NCBI GenBank assembly: GCA_024400995.1
Contig: JAKSLU010000002.1
Span: 7,677-71,676 of the forward strand
Source of the DNA: Bacteroidaceae bacterium
GTDB taxonomy: Bacteria > Bacteroidota > Bacteroidia > Bacteroidales > Bacteroidaceae
Direction of reading: 5' to 3'
Length of the DNA: 64,000 nucleotides
Each line of letters begins with the position of its first letter. The stretch's first letter is position 1. The position numbers and the translations under genes were made by a program. Shown here piece by piece: positions 47,775 to 58,002 of this stretch. The notes under the pieces are model-generated. The model saw only the letters and a program-made list of their open reading frames with translations. It was not told the DNA's origin and made no database searches.

Positions 47775-49610
47775 ATGCTCAAGCAATTCTTTAGCATCAT
47801 GTCCCGCTATATGCGGCCGTATCGCAAGTACCTCGTGTGGTCTGTGGTGCTCAACTTTGTGTCGCAGTGGCTCAACGTGTTCTCCTTTGCCACGCTCATC
47901 CCGATACTCAATATCCTTTTCAAGGTAGAGGAGTCTCACTACGAGTATCAGGCCATGGACTGGTCACACTTCAGCACCAAGGTGCTCATCAATAATGGCT
48001 ATGCCTGGGTGCAGGGCGTCATAGCCATGCATGGAGAGTTCTTCACACTCCTGCTTATGGGAGTGCTGCTCATCCTCATGACGGGTCTCAAGACAGCGGG
48101 CTATTTTGCCTCCAGCGCCGTCATGGTACCTCTGCGTACAGGCCTCGTCAAGGATATCCGCATGGAGGTCTATGACAAGGTGCTGCGTCTTCCCCTCCGC
48201 TTCTTCTCTGAGGAGCGTAAGGGTGACATTACCGCCCGCATGTCGTCCGATGCCCAGGTGGTGGAGAACACTATCAGCTCTGGCATTGATATGCTCATCA
48301 AGAACCCCATAGCCATCATTGTCTGCTTTGGTATGCTCATCGCTCTAAGCTGGAAGATGACCCTCTTCGTTATCACTGTGCTGCCCGTGTGCGGCTGGCT
48401 GATGGGCCTTGTGAGCCGCAAACTCAAGCGCAAGAGCCGTGAGGCTCAGGAGCGCTGGGGCGACATTATGACCAATCTGGATGAAACCCTTGGTGGTCTG
48501 CGTATCATCAAGGCCTTCATAGCTGAGCGCAAGATGCATCAGCGCTTTGAGGACATCAACAGCCAGTATCGTTCCTCTATGAACTCCATGGTCATTCGCC
48601 AGTCAGCCGCCCATCCTATGTCTGAGTTCCTTGGCACAGCGCTCATTGTTATTGTCCTCTGGTTTGGCGGCTCGCTTATCCTCACGGGTACTTCCACAAT
48701 CAGTGCCTCCACGTTTATCTTTTATATGGTGATACTCTACAGTGCCATCAATCCGCTCAAGGACTTTACTAAAGCTTTCTATAACATCCCTCAGGGCTTG
48801 GCTTCGATGGACCGTATCAACATGATATTGGAGGCCGAGAATCCCATTCATGAGAGCGAGAACCCCGTGGATATAGAGGGCTTCGGCTCTGAGTTGGAAC
48901 TGCGAGACGTGAGCTTTGCCTACACTGCCGATCGTCCCGTGCTCAGCCATATAAATCTCACACTGCGCAAGGGCAAGACTATCGCACTTGTGGGACAATC
49001 GGGTAGTGGTAAGAGTACTCTAGTTGACCTTATTCCCCGCTATCATGATGTGGGGGATGGCGAGATTCTGCTTGATGGTAACAATATCAAGGACCTGCGC
49101 ATCAGTGACCTGCGCGGTCTCATAGGCAACGTCAACCAGGAGGCCATCCTCTTCAACGATACCTTCTACAACAACATCACTTTTGGCGTGGAGAACGCCA
49201 CGATGGAGGAGGTTATCGCTGCCGCCAAGATAGCCAACGCACACGAATTTATCATGGAGAGCGAGCACGGCTACGAGACAATGATTGGTGATCGAGGTAG
49301 CCGGCTCTCTGGTGGTCAGCGCCAGCGAGTGAGCATAGCTCGTGCTATCCTCAAGAATCCCCCCATCCTCATCCTTGACGAGGCCACCTCAGCCCTTGAC
49401 ACCGAGAGCGAGCGTCTCGTACAGGAGGCTCTTGAACGTCTCATGGAGAGTCGCACCACCATTGCCGTTGCTCATCGTCTCTCCACCATTAAGCATGCAG
49501 ATGAGATCTTGGTGCTCCATGAGGGCGAGGTCGTGGAGCGTGGCACCCATGACGAGCTCATTGCTCGCGAGGGTTACTACAAGCGCCTGCATGACATGCA
49601 GCAGATATAA
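47775..49610 (+). CDS. MsbA-like ABC exporter (fused TMD and NBD)
   Basis: Multiple TM helices; GQSGSGKST, LSGGQRQR, ILDEATSALD and AHRLSTI. Confidence 0.9.
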   Translation: MLKQFFSIMSRYMRPYRKYLVWSVVLNFVSQWLNVFSFATLIPILNILFKVEESHYEYQAMDWSHFSTKVLINNGYAWVQGVIAMHGEFFTLLLMGVLLILMTGLKTAGYFASSAVMVPLRTGLVKDIRMEVYDKVLRLPLRFFSEERKGDITARMSSDAQVVENTISSGIDMLIKNPIAIIVCFGMLIALSWKMTLFVITVLPVCGWLMGLVSRKLKRKSREAQERWGDIMTNLDETLGGLRIIKAFIAERKMHQRFEDINSQYRSSMNSMVIRQSAAHPMSEFLGTALIVIVLWFGGSLILTGTSTISASTFIFYMVILYSAINPLKDFTKAFYNIPQGLASMDRINMILEAENPIHESENPVDIEGFGSELELRDVSFAYTADRPVLSHINLTLRKGKTIALVGQSGSGKSTLVDLIPRYHDVGDGEILLDGNNIKDLRISDLRGLIGNVNQEAILFNDTFYNNITFGVENATMEEVIAAAKIANAHEFIMESEHGYETMIGDRGSRLSGGQRQRVSIARAILKNPPILILDEATSALDTESERLVQEALERLMESRTTIAVAHRLSTIKHADEILVLHEGEVVERGTHDELIAREGYYKRLHDMQQI

Positions 49611-49666
49611 AGAGGACCTCTATCACTTAAAAACCTCAGAGGTGTGAGAGGACGATAAGAATAATG

Positions 49667-49730
49667 ATGGCCGTCCCACTCGTGCACCAGGCAGGGCGCC
49701 TTGGATGCAGAAGTGGGACGGCCATGTTTG
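49667..49730. terminator. Hairpin between the convergent ABC exporter gene and purF
   Basis: ATGGCCGTCCCACT...AGTGGGACGGCCAT. Confidence 0.7.
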
Positions 49731-49796
49731 TGTTGCCCTCCGCAGAGAGGTCACTGCTGATCTGTGAGATAATGAAAGGGCAGGTAAGTTCTGTAG

Positions 49797-51284
49797 TTAT
49801 TCGCCGAGGTTGTCGTCCTCGAGGGTGAAGGCTGAACTGCCGTCAAAGCAGTGTGTGCAGACCTGGCACTTGGGCAGGCCGATGGCCTCGATGATGGTCT
49901 CCAGCGTGGTATAGCGCAGCGAGTCCAGGTTGAGGCGGCGTGCTATCTCGGCCACCATACGCTCGTACTCGGGGGTGCCGGTAGTAGCGTAGGCGCGCAG
50001 GCGTTCCTCGGGGATAGCTATGTTCTCGGCGGTGTGGGCATCCTTGAGCAGCGTGGCCTCGGTGGCTCCGCTCTCAAAGTCCTGAATGACGCGGCGTGTG
50101 ATGAGCTCCAGCTCGCTCTTGGAGGCCGAGAAGTTGATGAAGGGACAGGCGTATGTCAGCGGGGGGCAGGCAATGCGCATGTGCACCTCCTTAGCGCCGA
50201 GCTCGTGGAATTGAGCAGCGGAGTCCTTGAGTTGGGTTCCGCGCACGATGCTGTCGTCGCAGAAGAGGCAACGCTTGCCACGAATCATATCGGCGTTGGG
50301 GATGAGCTTCATCTTGGCTACTAGGTTGCGCATATTTTGGTTGGCGGGCATGAAGGAACGGGGCCATGTGGGGGTGTATTTGGCTATGCCACGCTGGTAA
50401 GGAACCTTGTGGCCAGCTGCGTAACCCATGGCCATGCCAGTGCCCGAGTCGGGTATGCCGCCTGCACAGTCAACCTCGGTGGGATCGCTCTCGCCCATCG
50501 CACGACCCGTGTGGAAACGCATCTCCTCTACGTTTTTACCTTCATAGGCAGAGGTGGGGAATCCGTAGTAAATCCACAGGAAGGAGCATATCTGCATACG
50601 CTTGTTGGGCTTGCGGAGTTGCTCCATGCCATCAGCGTGCAGACGGACGATCTCGCCTGGACCAAGATATTTTTCGGTTACAAAACCCAGATTGGGGAAG
50701 GAGGTACTCTCGCTCGTTACGGCCATGGCGTTATCGCGCTTGCCGATGACGATGGGGGTGCGTCCCCAGGTGTCGCGGGCGCAGATGATGCCATCCTCAG
50801 TGAGCAGGAGGAGAGAGCAGGAGCCCTTCACCTTGCGGAAGACGTTCTCGATGCCATCTACGTAGTCTTTGCCTCGGATGATGAGCAGGCCGATGAGCTC
50901 GGTGGGATTGATCTTGCCAGAGGAGAACTCGCTCAGGTGCATACCGTCGGCTAGAAACTCCTGTGCCAGTTCCTCGGCATTGTTCACCTTGGCCACTGTG
51001 ACGATGGCAAAGCGGCCCAGATGGGAGTTCATCAACAGAGGCTGTGCGTCGGTGTCGCTGATGATGCCGATACCTGCGTTGCCCACAAACTTGGGGAGTT
51101 CATCCTCAAATCGGGTGCGGAAATACGTGTTCTCCAGACTGTGAATGCTGCGAAGGAAACCCTTTTCCTCGCTATACGTCGCCATACCACCACGGCGAGT
51201 GCCCAGATGGCTGTTATAGTCCGTGCCATAGAAGATGTCTGTGGCTACGGGCTGCTGAGAAATGGTGCCAAAAAAACCGCCCAT
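49797..51284 (-). CDS. purF: Amidophosphoribosyltransferase-like protein lacking the N-terminal Cys
   Basis: RDTWGRTP, CSFLWIYY, IPDSG, PRPP loop DDSIVRGT, RIACPP and CQVCTHC; begins MGGFFG; -7 element at 51323-51330. Confidence 0.85.
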   Translation of the reverse strand: MGGFFGTISQQPVATDIFYGTDYNSHLGTRRGGMATYSEEKGFLRSIHSLENTYFRTRFEDELPKFVGNAGIGIISDTDAQPLLMNSHLGRFAIVTVAKVNNAEELAQEFLADGMHLSEFSSGKINPTELIGLLIIRGKDYVDGIENVFRKVKGSCSLLLLTEDGIICARDTWGRTPIVIGKRDNAMAVTSESTSFPNLGFVTEKYLGPGEIVRLHADGMEQLRKPNKRMQICSFLWIYYGFPTSAYEGKNVEEMRFHTGRAMGESDPTEVDCAGGIPDSGTGMAMGYAAGHKVPYQRGIAKYTPTWPRSFMPANQNMRNLVAKMKLIPNADMIRGKRCLFCDDSIVRGTQLKDSAAQFHELGAKEVHMRIACPPLTYACPFINFSASKSELELITRRVIQDFESGATEATLLKDAHTAENIAIPEERLRAYATTGTPEYERMVAEIARRLNLDSLRYTTLETIIEAIGLPKCQVCTHCFDGSSAFTLEDDNLGE

Positions 51285-51471
51285 ATATCTTATAGTTTTG
51301 AGTTTAGTTTGTTCGGAAAACGCAAATTTACGAATTATTTGTGAGAAAACCGCCCCTATGTCGTCTTTTTTGCCTCCAGTGTGTTTACTTTTTGATAGTA
51401 TGCACTATTTTGAGTGGCGGGGCTTGCGGAATTAACTTTGAATATCAAGGAAAAATGAGCTCTCAAGAAAT

Positions 51472-51590
51472 AAAAAACATAGGCCTATAGGAGAGAAAAA
51501 AATATCCTATACAATAGGGAAAATTAGTCTATAGGATAGTTTTCCTTAGTCTATAGGATAGTTTTCCTTGGTGTTGTATAGGGTAGTTTC
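51472..51590. repeat. 22-bp-period palindromic minisatellite, copy D
   Basis: CTATA(G/C) cores at 51485, 51507, 51529 and 51551, plus a shifted unit at 51576. Confidence 0.8.
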
Positions 51591-51625
51591 GCTGTTTTTA
51601 TTGTAGGGGATGAGAGGGTGTAGTC

Positions 51626-52207
51626 TTACTTGTGAGATGTGGTGTCCTTGTCCTGTGGCATGGGCATGTAGCCTCGCGAGTCGTGCACGGAGTAGCGCGT
51701 CATGGCCTCGTTAGAGCGGAAGTGGTGGCCCTCCAGTCGTTGAGTGGGGGTGATGACACACATGTGTTCGTCGGAGTAGAATTCGTGCAGCTGCATATCC
51801 CAGAAGAGTACCTCGGTACTAAAGGTGGTCTGCTCTGCCATGTTGTTGATGAACACCCGACCGCGCAGTTCCCATAGGCGCTGGTCATACCAGTAGGCAG
51901 TATCGGCGGTGATGTGCAGATCCACCTTGAACTGATCGTCAAAGCGTTCCAGGAAAATACCCTTGGGGAACGTCTGACGCTGCGGTGTGGTGCGGTCGTA
52001 CACCTGCCACTCCTCGGCGATAATCTTGTAGCGCATAACGCCCGAGTCACTAATCATCTTGGAGCAGCCATAGGTCACCATCACAGGCAGCGAGTCACGC
52101 TCCGTGATGGCCGCTCCCTCCGGTGGCGAATCGTTGCTACAACCACCGCCCAGCAGTGCACCTGCCAGAAGAATACATATTATATATACGTGCGCGCGGT
52201 TAAGCAC
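51626..52207 (-). CDS. lptC: LPS export protein LptC
   Basis: ISDSGVMRYKI, FPKGIFLERFD, ITADTA, LWELRGRV and LFWD. Confidence 0.8.
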   Translation of the reverse strand: MLNRAHVYIICILLAGALLGGGCSNDSPPEGAAITERDSLPVMVTYGCSKMISDSGVMRYKIIAEEWQVYDRTTPQRQTFPKGIFLERFDDQFKVDLHITADTAYWYDQRLWELRGRVFINNMAEQTTFSTEVLFWDMQLHEFYSDEHMCVITPTQRLEGHHFRSNEAMTRYSVHDSRGYMPMPQDKDTTSHK

Positions 52208-52210
52208 TTC

Positions 52211-52260
52211 TTAATCTTTAACCTCTAACCTTTAACCTTTACCTTTAACCTTTAACCTCT
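52211..52260. repeat. Heptamer microsatellite (TTTAACC)n between genes
   Basis: About seven degenerate T(T/C)TAACC units filling the spacer. Confidence 0.8.
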
Positions 52261-53570
52261 TACTTCACCTTCCACTTGGTGAACCACTGTTCGTCAAAGT
52301 TTATGCCGATGCACAAGCGGAGGTTGTTTTCCTTAATTTGGCCAGCATAGGCAGGCTGCACGCGCTCGTACTGCACGGCTACATTGACGGAGGAGCGAGC
52401 GTTGAAGAGGTTCATCACGGGTATGTTCACACCGGCCGTGGCGAGATAGGTTGTGGGCCCCTTGCCCATGATGGCTGAACCTGTCTGGGTAGGCACGTTG
52501 GTGTAGGGGGTAGTCACGGACAGACCGCAACGGTAACTAACGTACTCGCGCCAGTTTGTTCCTTTCTTCATAGGACGGAACTCCATGCCGACTGCAATGC
52601 GGTGGCTGTCGCGCAGATAGCCAGTCATAGCCTTGTAAGGCTCGGAGGCAGAGTTCGTGGCCCATGGATAGCGGCACTGTCCCCATTTTTGTAGTTCATA
52701 GTCGGCACTCAGGCGCAGGCGGCCACGATGCTCCCAGCTCATGCCCGCACCGATGGAATGGGGGAGTTCAAAGGCATTGTGGGCCATTGCGGTGTCAAGT
52801 CCCGTCACCATAGAGGCGGTGTTGTTCACCTTGTGCCCCAGTGTGTAGCTGGCGCCGATAACGAGGCGGTCGCGCTTGTTCAGGGGAATGTAACCCTGCA
52901 CGCCAGCCTGCATATTGTAGGTGTGGATGCTGGCAGAGTAGCTGCGATGAGCCGATGCCATAGTCGCATCGCTGTAGCTGGTGGCGATGTCGTGGTCAAT
53001 GCTGCCCCACACATAGCCCGCGCTCACACCCACTGCTATATGGCGCTCAGGCGCCCAGCCCAGTCCGAGGTACATCTCGTGCAGACCGCCGCCGCCCTTG
53101 GCGGTAGAGGTGGCGGTGATGCCGTTGGAGTGGTTGTAGGAGTCGGTGATGGTTTTGTCCTTGGTGGTGGAGTAGCCCACGTTGCTCATGGGGAGCAGGC
53201 CAAGACTCACGCCCAGATGCCTTCCGGCACGAAAGCCAGCCGTTACATAGTCCAGCGAGGCCGTTGTTGCGTTGATGCGTGTTGCGCCACTCTTGAGGCT
53301 CGACTGCTGCACAGAGGCACCCACGTCAAAGATGAAGGACAGTGAGTCTATGCAGGCAAAGGAGGCGGGGTTGAGCGGGTTGATTTCGCTGCCGTTTTGC
53401 GCGCCGATGCCCACGCCAGCCATGGAGGAGTTCCAGCCGGTGGCACGGGAGCGCATCTGGCCCAGGCCATAGCGCGAGTAGGGAGATACGACACCATTGT
53501 CTTCTGCCATGACGGGCATGCAGAGGAGCGTGGTCAGTATGAGCGTAGCAAGTGCTTTGATACGAGTCAT
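52260..53570 (-). CDS. Outer-membrane beta-barrel protein (FadL/PorV-like conserved Bacteroidales protein)
   Basis: Signal peptide from ATG 53570; SPYSRYGLG, INPLNPAS, GLLPMSNVGY and C-terminal GINFDEQWFTKWKVK. Confidence 0.75.
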   Translation of the reverse strand: MTRIKALATLILTTLLCMPVMAEDNGVVSPYSRYGLGQMRSRATGWNSSMAGVGIGAQNGSEINPLNPASFACIDSLSFIFDVGASVQQSSLKSGATRINATTASLDYVTAGFRAGRHLGVSLGLLPMSNVGYSTTKDKTITDSYNHSNGITATSTAKGGGGLHEMYLGLGWAPERHIAVGVSAGYVWGSIDHDIATSYSDATMASAHRSYSASIHTYNMQAGVQGYIPLNKRDRLVIGASYTLGHKVNNTASMVTGLDTAMAHNAFELPHSIGAGMSWEHRGRLRLSADYELQKWGQCRYPWATNSASEPYKAMTGYLRDSHRIAVGMEFRPMKKGTNWREYVSYRCGLSVTTPYTNVPTQTGSAIMGKGPTTYLATAGVNIPVMNLFNARSSVNVAVQYERVQPAYAGQIKENNLRLCIGINFDEQWFTKWKVK

Positions 53571-53703
53571 GGGGTAGGGTATATATATTTGCGCTGCAAA
53601 GTTACGCAAAATGCCCGACACGGACAAGCCGTCGGTACGGAAAAAGCCCAAACTGCCTTGGCAACTTGGACTTTTTTAACATTTTGGGGCGTGCGATACG
53701 GCC

Positions 53704-54429
53704 TTAGGCCAGAGTGAGTTCGGCCCTCACGAGCACGGTGCCGTCCTCCAGGCGTATCTCGTACTGGCTACCCTCACGGTAGATGCAAAGCTTGTCGCCC
53801 AGCATGGCCTCGCGACCATAGGCTATATCGAGGCGGTGCAGACGCTGCGTGGTGTCGGTGATGGCCAGGTCCATCAGCAGGTCGATGTAGCGGATGGAGT
53901 TCATGTGGCCGTTGACGTCCAGGTCGGTGAAGGCCACCGTATGCTGGCTCACGGGCTCCTGGCTCTTGCCGCGGATGCGACCAGGACCAGCGATGGGCAG
54001 CGTGCGATCCGTCAGCACGGAGCGGAACCCGCCATTGGGGAGCTCGTCCAGATTGACGGCCTGACGCGTCTCATAGTCTATTAGGGCCCACGTGCTGAAG
54101 CCGTAGCCGTGCACAGTCTGACCATCAGCGCCGTGGAGGATGAACATACGGTCGGTGAACTGGCGATACACCTTGTTCACAAATGTCTCGATGTGGTACT
54201 CCTCCAGTGTGCGGGGCATGCTCTCGCACTCCACTACGAGGCGGGAGAGTACCCAGGCACGGTGCTCCGCTGACATACACTTGAATCCAAATCCGTGTCC
54301 GTCAGCGTGATATCCGGCACAGGTGAGCATCTGCTTGCCCAGCGTGTGCCAACTCAGATGGCCCGTCACGTCGTCGGTAAAGGGCTCTACGCAGAAGTCA
54401 AAGTGACCCGTCTTTTCCTGTTCAGTCAT
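53704..54429 (-). CDS. Acyl-ACP thioesterase
   Basis: WVLSRLVVE, TWALID..TR and DLDVNGHMNSIRYI; ATG 54429. Confidence 0.88.
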   Translation of the reverse strand: MTEQEKTGHFDFCVEPFTDDVTGHLSWHTLGKQMLTCAGYHADGHGFGFKCMSAEHRAWVLSRLVVECESMPRTLEEYHIETFVNKVYRQFTDRMFILHGADGQTVHGYGFSTWALIDYETRQAVNLDELPNGGFRSVLTDRTLPIAGPGRIRGKSQEPVSQHTVAFTDLDVNGHMNSIRYIDLLMDLAITDTTQRLHRLDIAYGREAMLGDKLCIYREGSQYEIRLEDGTVLVRAELTLA

Positions 54430-54453
54430 TTTGTGTGTGTTAGTAGTTAGGTG

Positions 54454-54575
54454 CAAAGGTAGCCTTTTTGCGTTATACGCGGGCGTGCGCGCTGCATAAA
54501 TGGGAGCAAAACTGCCCTGAACTGCACAAAGCCCCCCTCTTTGCTTGGTCAAGTCGCGGAAAATGTGTATCTTTG
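54454..54575. promoter_or_regulatory. Divergent -7 promoter pair (thioesterase / ffh)
   Basis: TACCTTTG on the minus strand at 54454-54461; TATCTTTG on the plus strand at 54568-54575. Confidence 0.6.
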
Positions 54576-54598
54576 CAGCCCACATTATATATAGCAAT

Positions 54599-55918
54599 AT
54601 GTTTGAAAACCTGAGTGAACGCCTCGAACGGTCGTTCAAGATACTGAAGGGTGAAGGCCACATCACCGAAATCAACGTGGCTGAAACGCTCAAGGACGTG
54701 CGCCGTGCTCTGCTCGATGCCGACGTTAACTATAAGGTAGCCAAGTCCTTTACCGACACCGTCAAGCAAAAGGCTCTGGGTCAGGATGTGCTCACCGCTG
54801 TCAAGCCTAGTCAGCTCATGGTCAAGATAGTTCACGATGAACTAGCTCTGCTCATGGGTGGTCACGCCACTGATCTGCAGCTCACTAGCCGTCCTGCCGT
54901 CATCCTTATGGCTGGTCTGAACGGTGCGGGTAAGACTACGCTCTCAGGCAAGCTGGCTCTCTTCCTTGCCAAGCAGAAGCGCCGCAAGCCCTTGCTCGTG
55001 GCTTGTGACACCTACCGCCCTGCCGCCATCGAGCAGCTTCGCGTGCTGGCCGAGCAGATAGAGGTGCCCATCTATCTTGACCTCAATGAGAAGGATCCCG
55101 TCCGCATCGCACAGGCTGGTATTCAGGAGGCCAAGGCCAAGGGCTACGACACAGTGATTGTCGATACCGCAGGTCGTCTGGCAGTGGACGAGGCTCTGAT
55201 GCAGGAGATTGCTGCCATCAAGCAGGCCACCCAGCCCGACGAGACCCTGTTCGTGGTGGATGCCATGACAGGTCAGGATGCCGTCAACACCGCCAAGACC
55301 TTCAACGAGCGTCTGGACTTTGATGGCGTTGTCCTCACCAAGCTCGATGGCGATACCCGTGGCGGTGCCGCCCTCTCCATCCGCAGCGTGGTCGATAAGC
55401 CCATCAAGTTCGTCGGCACTGGCGAGAAGATGGAGGCCCTCGACATCTTCCACCCCGAGCGTATGGCCGACCGTATCCTCGGCATGGGCGATATCGTCAG
55501 CCTCGTGGAGCGTGCTCAGCAGCAGTACGATGAGGAGGAGGCCAAGAAGTTGGCCAAGAAGTTGGCCAAGAACCAGTTTGACTTGGAGGATTTCTATAGC
55601 CAGATACAGCAGATCAAGAAGATGGGCAACATCAAGGACTTGGCTGCTATGATTCCTGGTGTGGGCAAAGCCCTGAAGGATGTGGATATTCCCGATGATG
55701 CCTTCAAGCATATCGAGGCTCTTATCCTGAGTATGACCCCCTACGAGCGCCACAATCCTCAGGTGCTCAACCAGAGCCGCAAGGTGCGCATTGCTCGCGG
55801 TTCGGGCGTGGACATCCAGGAACTCAACCGTCTGCTCAAGCAGTTTGATCAGATGCGCAAGATGATGAAGATGATGAACGGCCGTATGCCCAACATCCCT
55901 GGCATGCCCAGAAGGTAA
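54599..55918 (+). CDS. ffh: Signal recognition particle protein
   Basis: MFENLSERL, ALLDADV, GAGKTT, DTAGR, TKLDGDTRGGAALS and Met-rich M domain. Confidence 0.97.
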   Translation: MFENLSERLERSFKILKGEGHITEINVAETLKDVRRALLDADVNYKVAKSFTDTVKQKALGQDVLTAVKPSQLMVKIVHDELALLMGGHATDLQLTSRPAVILMAGLNGAGKTTLSGKLALFLAKQKRRKPLLVACDTYRPAAIEQLRVLAEQIEVPIYLDLNEKDPVRIAQAGIQEAKAKGYDTVIVDTAGRLAVDEALMQEIAAIKQATQPDETLFVVDAMTGQDAVNTAKTFNERLDFDGVVLTKLDGDTRGGAALSIRSVVDKPIKFVGTGEKMEALDIFHPERMADRILGMGDIVSLVERAQQQYDEEEAKKLAKKLAKNQFDLEDFYSQIQQIKKMGNIKDLAAMIPGVGKALKDVDIPDDAFKHIEALILSMTPYERHNPQVLNQSRKVRIARGSGVDIQELNRLLKQFDQMRKMMKMMNGRMPNIPGMPRR

Positions 55919-55939
55919 GACCTCAACAACTCATCCCAT

Positions 55940-56809
55940 ATGACAATTATTGACGGAAAAGCCACTGCCGCGACAATCAAGGCCGAGATCAAGGCCGAGG
56001 TCGAAGCCATGGTAGCCCGTGGCGAGCGTCGTCCTCATCTGGCCGCTGTGTTGGTAGGCCACGATGGAGGCAGCGAGACCTATGTCAAGAACAAGGTTTT
56101 GGCCTGTGAGGCCTGCGGCTTCCAGAGTACCCTCCTGCGCTATGAGAGTGACATCACGGAGCAGCAACTGCTCGATGTGGTGGCTCAACTCAATGCCGAT
56201 GCCACGGTGGATGGCTTCATCGTTCAGTTGCCTCTACCTAGTCATATTGATGAGCAAAAGGTCACTGAGGCTATCGACCCTCGCAAGGATGTGGATGGCT
56301 TCCATCCTGTCAACGTGGGGCGCCTCGCTATTGGTCTGCCTTGCTATATTAGCGCTACCCCCAAGGGCATACTTACTCTGCTCCAGCGCTACAACATTGA
56401 GACGCGTGGCAAGAAAGTGGTCATCCTCGGACGCAGCAACATCGTTGGCAAGCCTATGGCGCAGCTCATGATGCAGAAGCAATATGGCGATGCCACCGTC
56501 ACTGTGCTCCACTCCCATAGTCAGAAGCTCCAAGAAGAGTGCCGTCAGGCAGACATCCTCATTGCAGCTATAGGCCGTCCCGCCTTTGTCACTGCAGACA
56601 TGGTCAAGCCTGGTGCCGTGGTTATCGACGTAGGCATTACGCGTGTGCCCGATGCCAGCCGCAAGTCGGGTTTCCGTCTTCAGGGCGATGTGGACTACGA
56701 GGCAGTAGCGCCGCTCTGCTCTGCCATTACCCCCGTGCCGGGTGGGGTAGGGCCCATGACCATTTGTATGCTCATGCAGAACACGCTGCAGGCTGCCCGC
56801 CAGCGATAG
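55940..56809 (+). CDS. folD: Methylenetetrahydrofolate dehydrogenase/cyclohydrolase
   Basis: [30 protein letters not shown] and [11 protein letters not shown]. Confidence 0.96.
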   Translation: MTIIDGKATAATIKAEIKAEVEAMVARGERRPHLAAVLVGHDGGSETYVKNKVLACEACGFQSTLLRYESDITEQQLLDVVAQLNADATVDGFIVQLPLPSHIDEQKVTEAIDPRKDVDGFHPVNVGRLAIGLPCYISATPKGILTLLQRYNIETRGKKVVILGRSNIVGKPMAQLMMQKQYGDATVTVLHSHSQKLQEECRQADILIAAIGRPAFVTADMVKPGAVVIDVGITRVPDASRKSGFRLQGDVDYEAVAPLCSAITPVPGGVGPMTICMLMQNTLQAARQR

Positions 56810-56835
56810 TGCAGATAACACACGCCAAAGATAAT

Positions 56836-56870
56836 AGAACAGGGGAACCCACGCGGGCTCCCCTGTTTTG
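56836..56870. terminator. Bidirectional terminator
   Basis: AACAGGGGAACCC-ACGC-GGGCTCCCCTGTT followed by TTG. Confidence 0.75.
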
Positions 56871-57746
56871 TTACATTCGGTATCTTTTCGTCAGATCGCT
56901 GAAGCATTCTATTCGACGGTCGCGCAGGAATGGCCACCAGCGGCGTACCTGTTCGGAGCGTTGCATATCGACCTCTACCACAGCTACATCCTCCTCATGT
57001 GCAGGAGAGGCGTGCAGTACTTCGCCCTGAGGACCGCACACAAAGCTTGTGCCCCAGAACTGTATGCCATTTGTCTGTCCTGAGGGGTCAGCCTCCAGGC
57101 CTGTGCGGTTGACCGTCACAACGGGCAGACCGTTGGCTACGGCGTGACCACGCTGCACGAGCTGCCAGGCGCGGCGTTGGCGTTCCTGCTCTTCGGGAGT
57201 GTCGCTGCTCTCGTAACCGATGGCGGTGGGGTAGATGAGGATATCGGCTCCGGCCAGTGCCATGAGGCGAGCTCCCTCTGGGTACCACTGGTCCCAGCAA
57301 ACCTGCACGCCTAGGCGCCCCACGGAGGTCTCGATGGGCTCAAATCCTAGATCGCCAGGAGTGAAGTAGAATTTCTCATAGTAGGCAGGATCATCAGGAA
57401 TGTGCATCTTGCGGTACTTGCCTGCGATGGAACCATCGCGCTCCAGTACGACTGCTGTGTTGTGGTATAGGCCTGCTGCGCGACGCTCAAAGAGGCTCGT
57501 CACGATCACTACGCCTAGTTCGCGGGCCAGCTGTCCGAAGAAATCCGTTGAGGGACCTGGGATGGGCTCGGCTAGGTCAAAGTTGTCGACACTCTCTATT
57601 TGGCAGAAGTATAGAGAGTTATGTAGTTCCTGCATTACGATGAGCTCTGCGCCCTTCTCTGCTGTCTGGCGTATGCGCTCTGCGAGTTTGGTGCGGTTCT
57701 GCTCCACGTCGGCGGAGCATTGTATCTGGATGATACCTACTTTCAT
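56871..57746 (-). CDS. Carbon-nitrogen hydrolase, N-carbamoylputrescine amidase-like
   Basis: QELH, YRKMHIPDDP.YYEKFYF, CWDQWYPE and FLRDRR; ATG 57746. Confidence 0.88.
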   Translation of the reverse strand: MKVGIIQIQCSADVEQNRTKLAERIRQTAEKGAELIVMQELHNSLYFCQIESVDNFDLAEPIPGPSTDFFGQLARELGVVIVTSLFERRAAGLYHNTAVVLERDGSIAGKYRKMHIPDDPAYYEKFYFTPGDLGFEPIETSVGRLGVQVCWDQWYPEGARLMALAGADILIYPTAIGYESSDTPEEQERQRRAWQLVQRGHAVANGLPVVTVNRTGLEADPSGQTNGIQFWGTSFVCGPQGEVLHASPAHEEDVAVVEVDMQRSEQVRRWWPFLRDRRIECFSDLTKRYRM

Positions 57747-57769
57747 GGGGGTGTTCTGATGGTTTGGGC

Positions 57770-57805
57770 AAAAAAAAACCTGAGGAGGTATCCCTCCGTC
57801 AGGTT
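57770..57805 (-). terminator. Terminator of the small lipoprotein gene
   Basis: AACCTGA-GGAGG...CCTCC-G-TCAGGTT stem with an A9 run (T9 on the minus strand). Confidence 0.75.
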
Positions 57806-57837
57806 CCAATTCTCTCGAGTTGTTCGTAAGACTGATA

Positions 57838-58002
57838 TTACTCAGCTACTACGCTGTCGCAAGCGGCGCTGTCAACGCATACGGTGCTGTCGCAAGTGTC
57901 AACGGCAACGGTGTCCTCAGCGGGAGCCTGCTCGGTCTTCTGACCGCAAGAAGCGAAGCTGATAGCAGCGAAAGCTACGAACATGAAAACTAACTTCTTC
58001 AT
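57838..58002 (-). CDS. 54-aa small lipoprotein, not in the ORF track
   Basis: MKKLVFMFVAFAAISFAS-C lipobox then GQKTEQAPAEDTVAVDTCDSTVCVDSAACDSVVAE; own -7 element at 58052-58059 and own terminator. Confidence 0.88.
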   Translation of the reverse strand: MKKLVFMFVAFAAISFASCGQKTEQAPAEDTVAVDTCDSTVCVDSAACDSVVAE

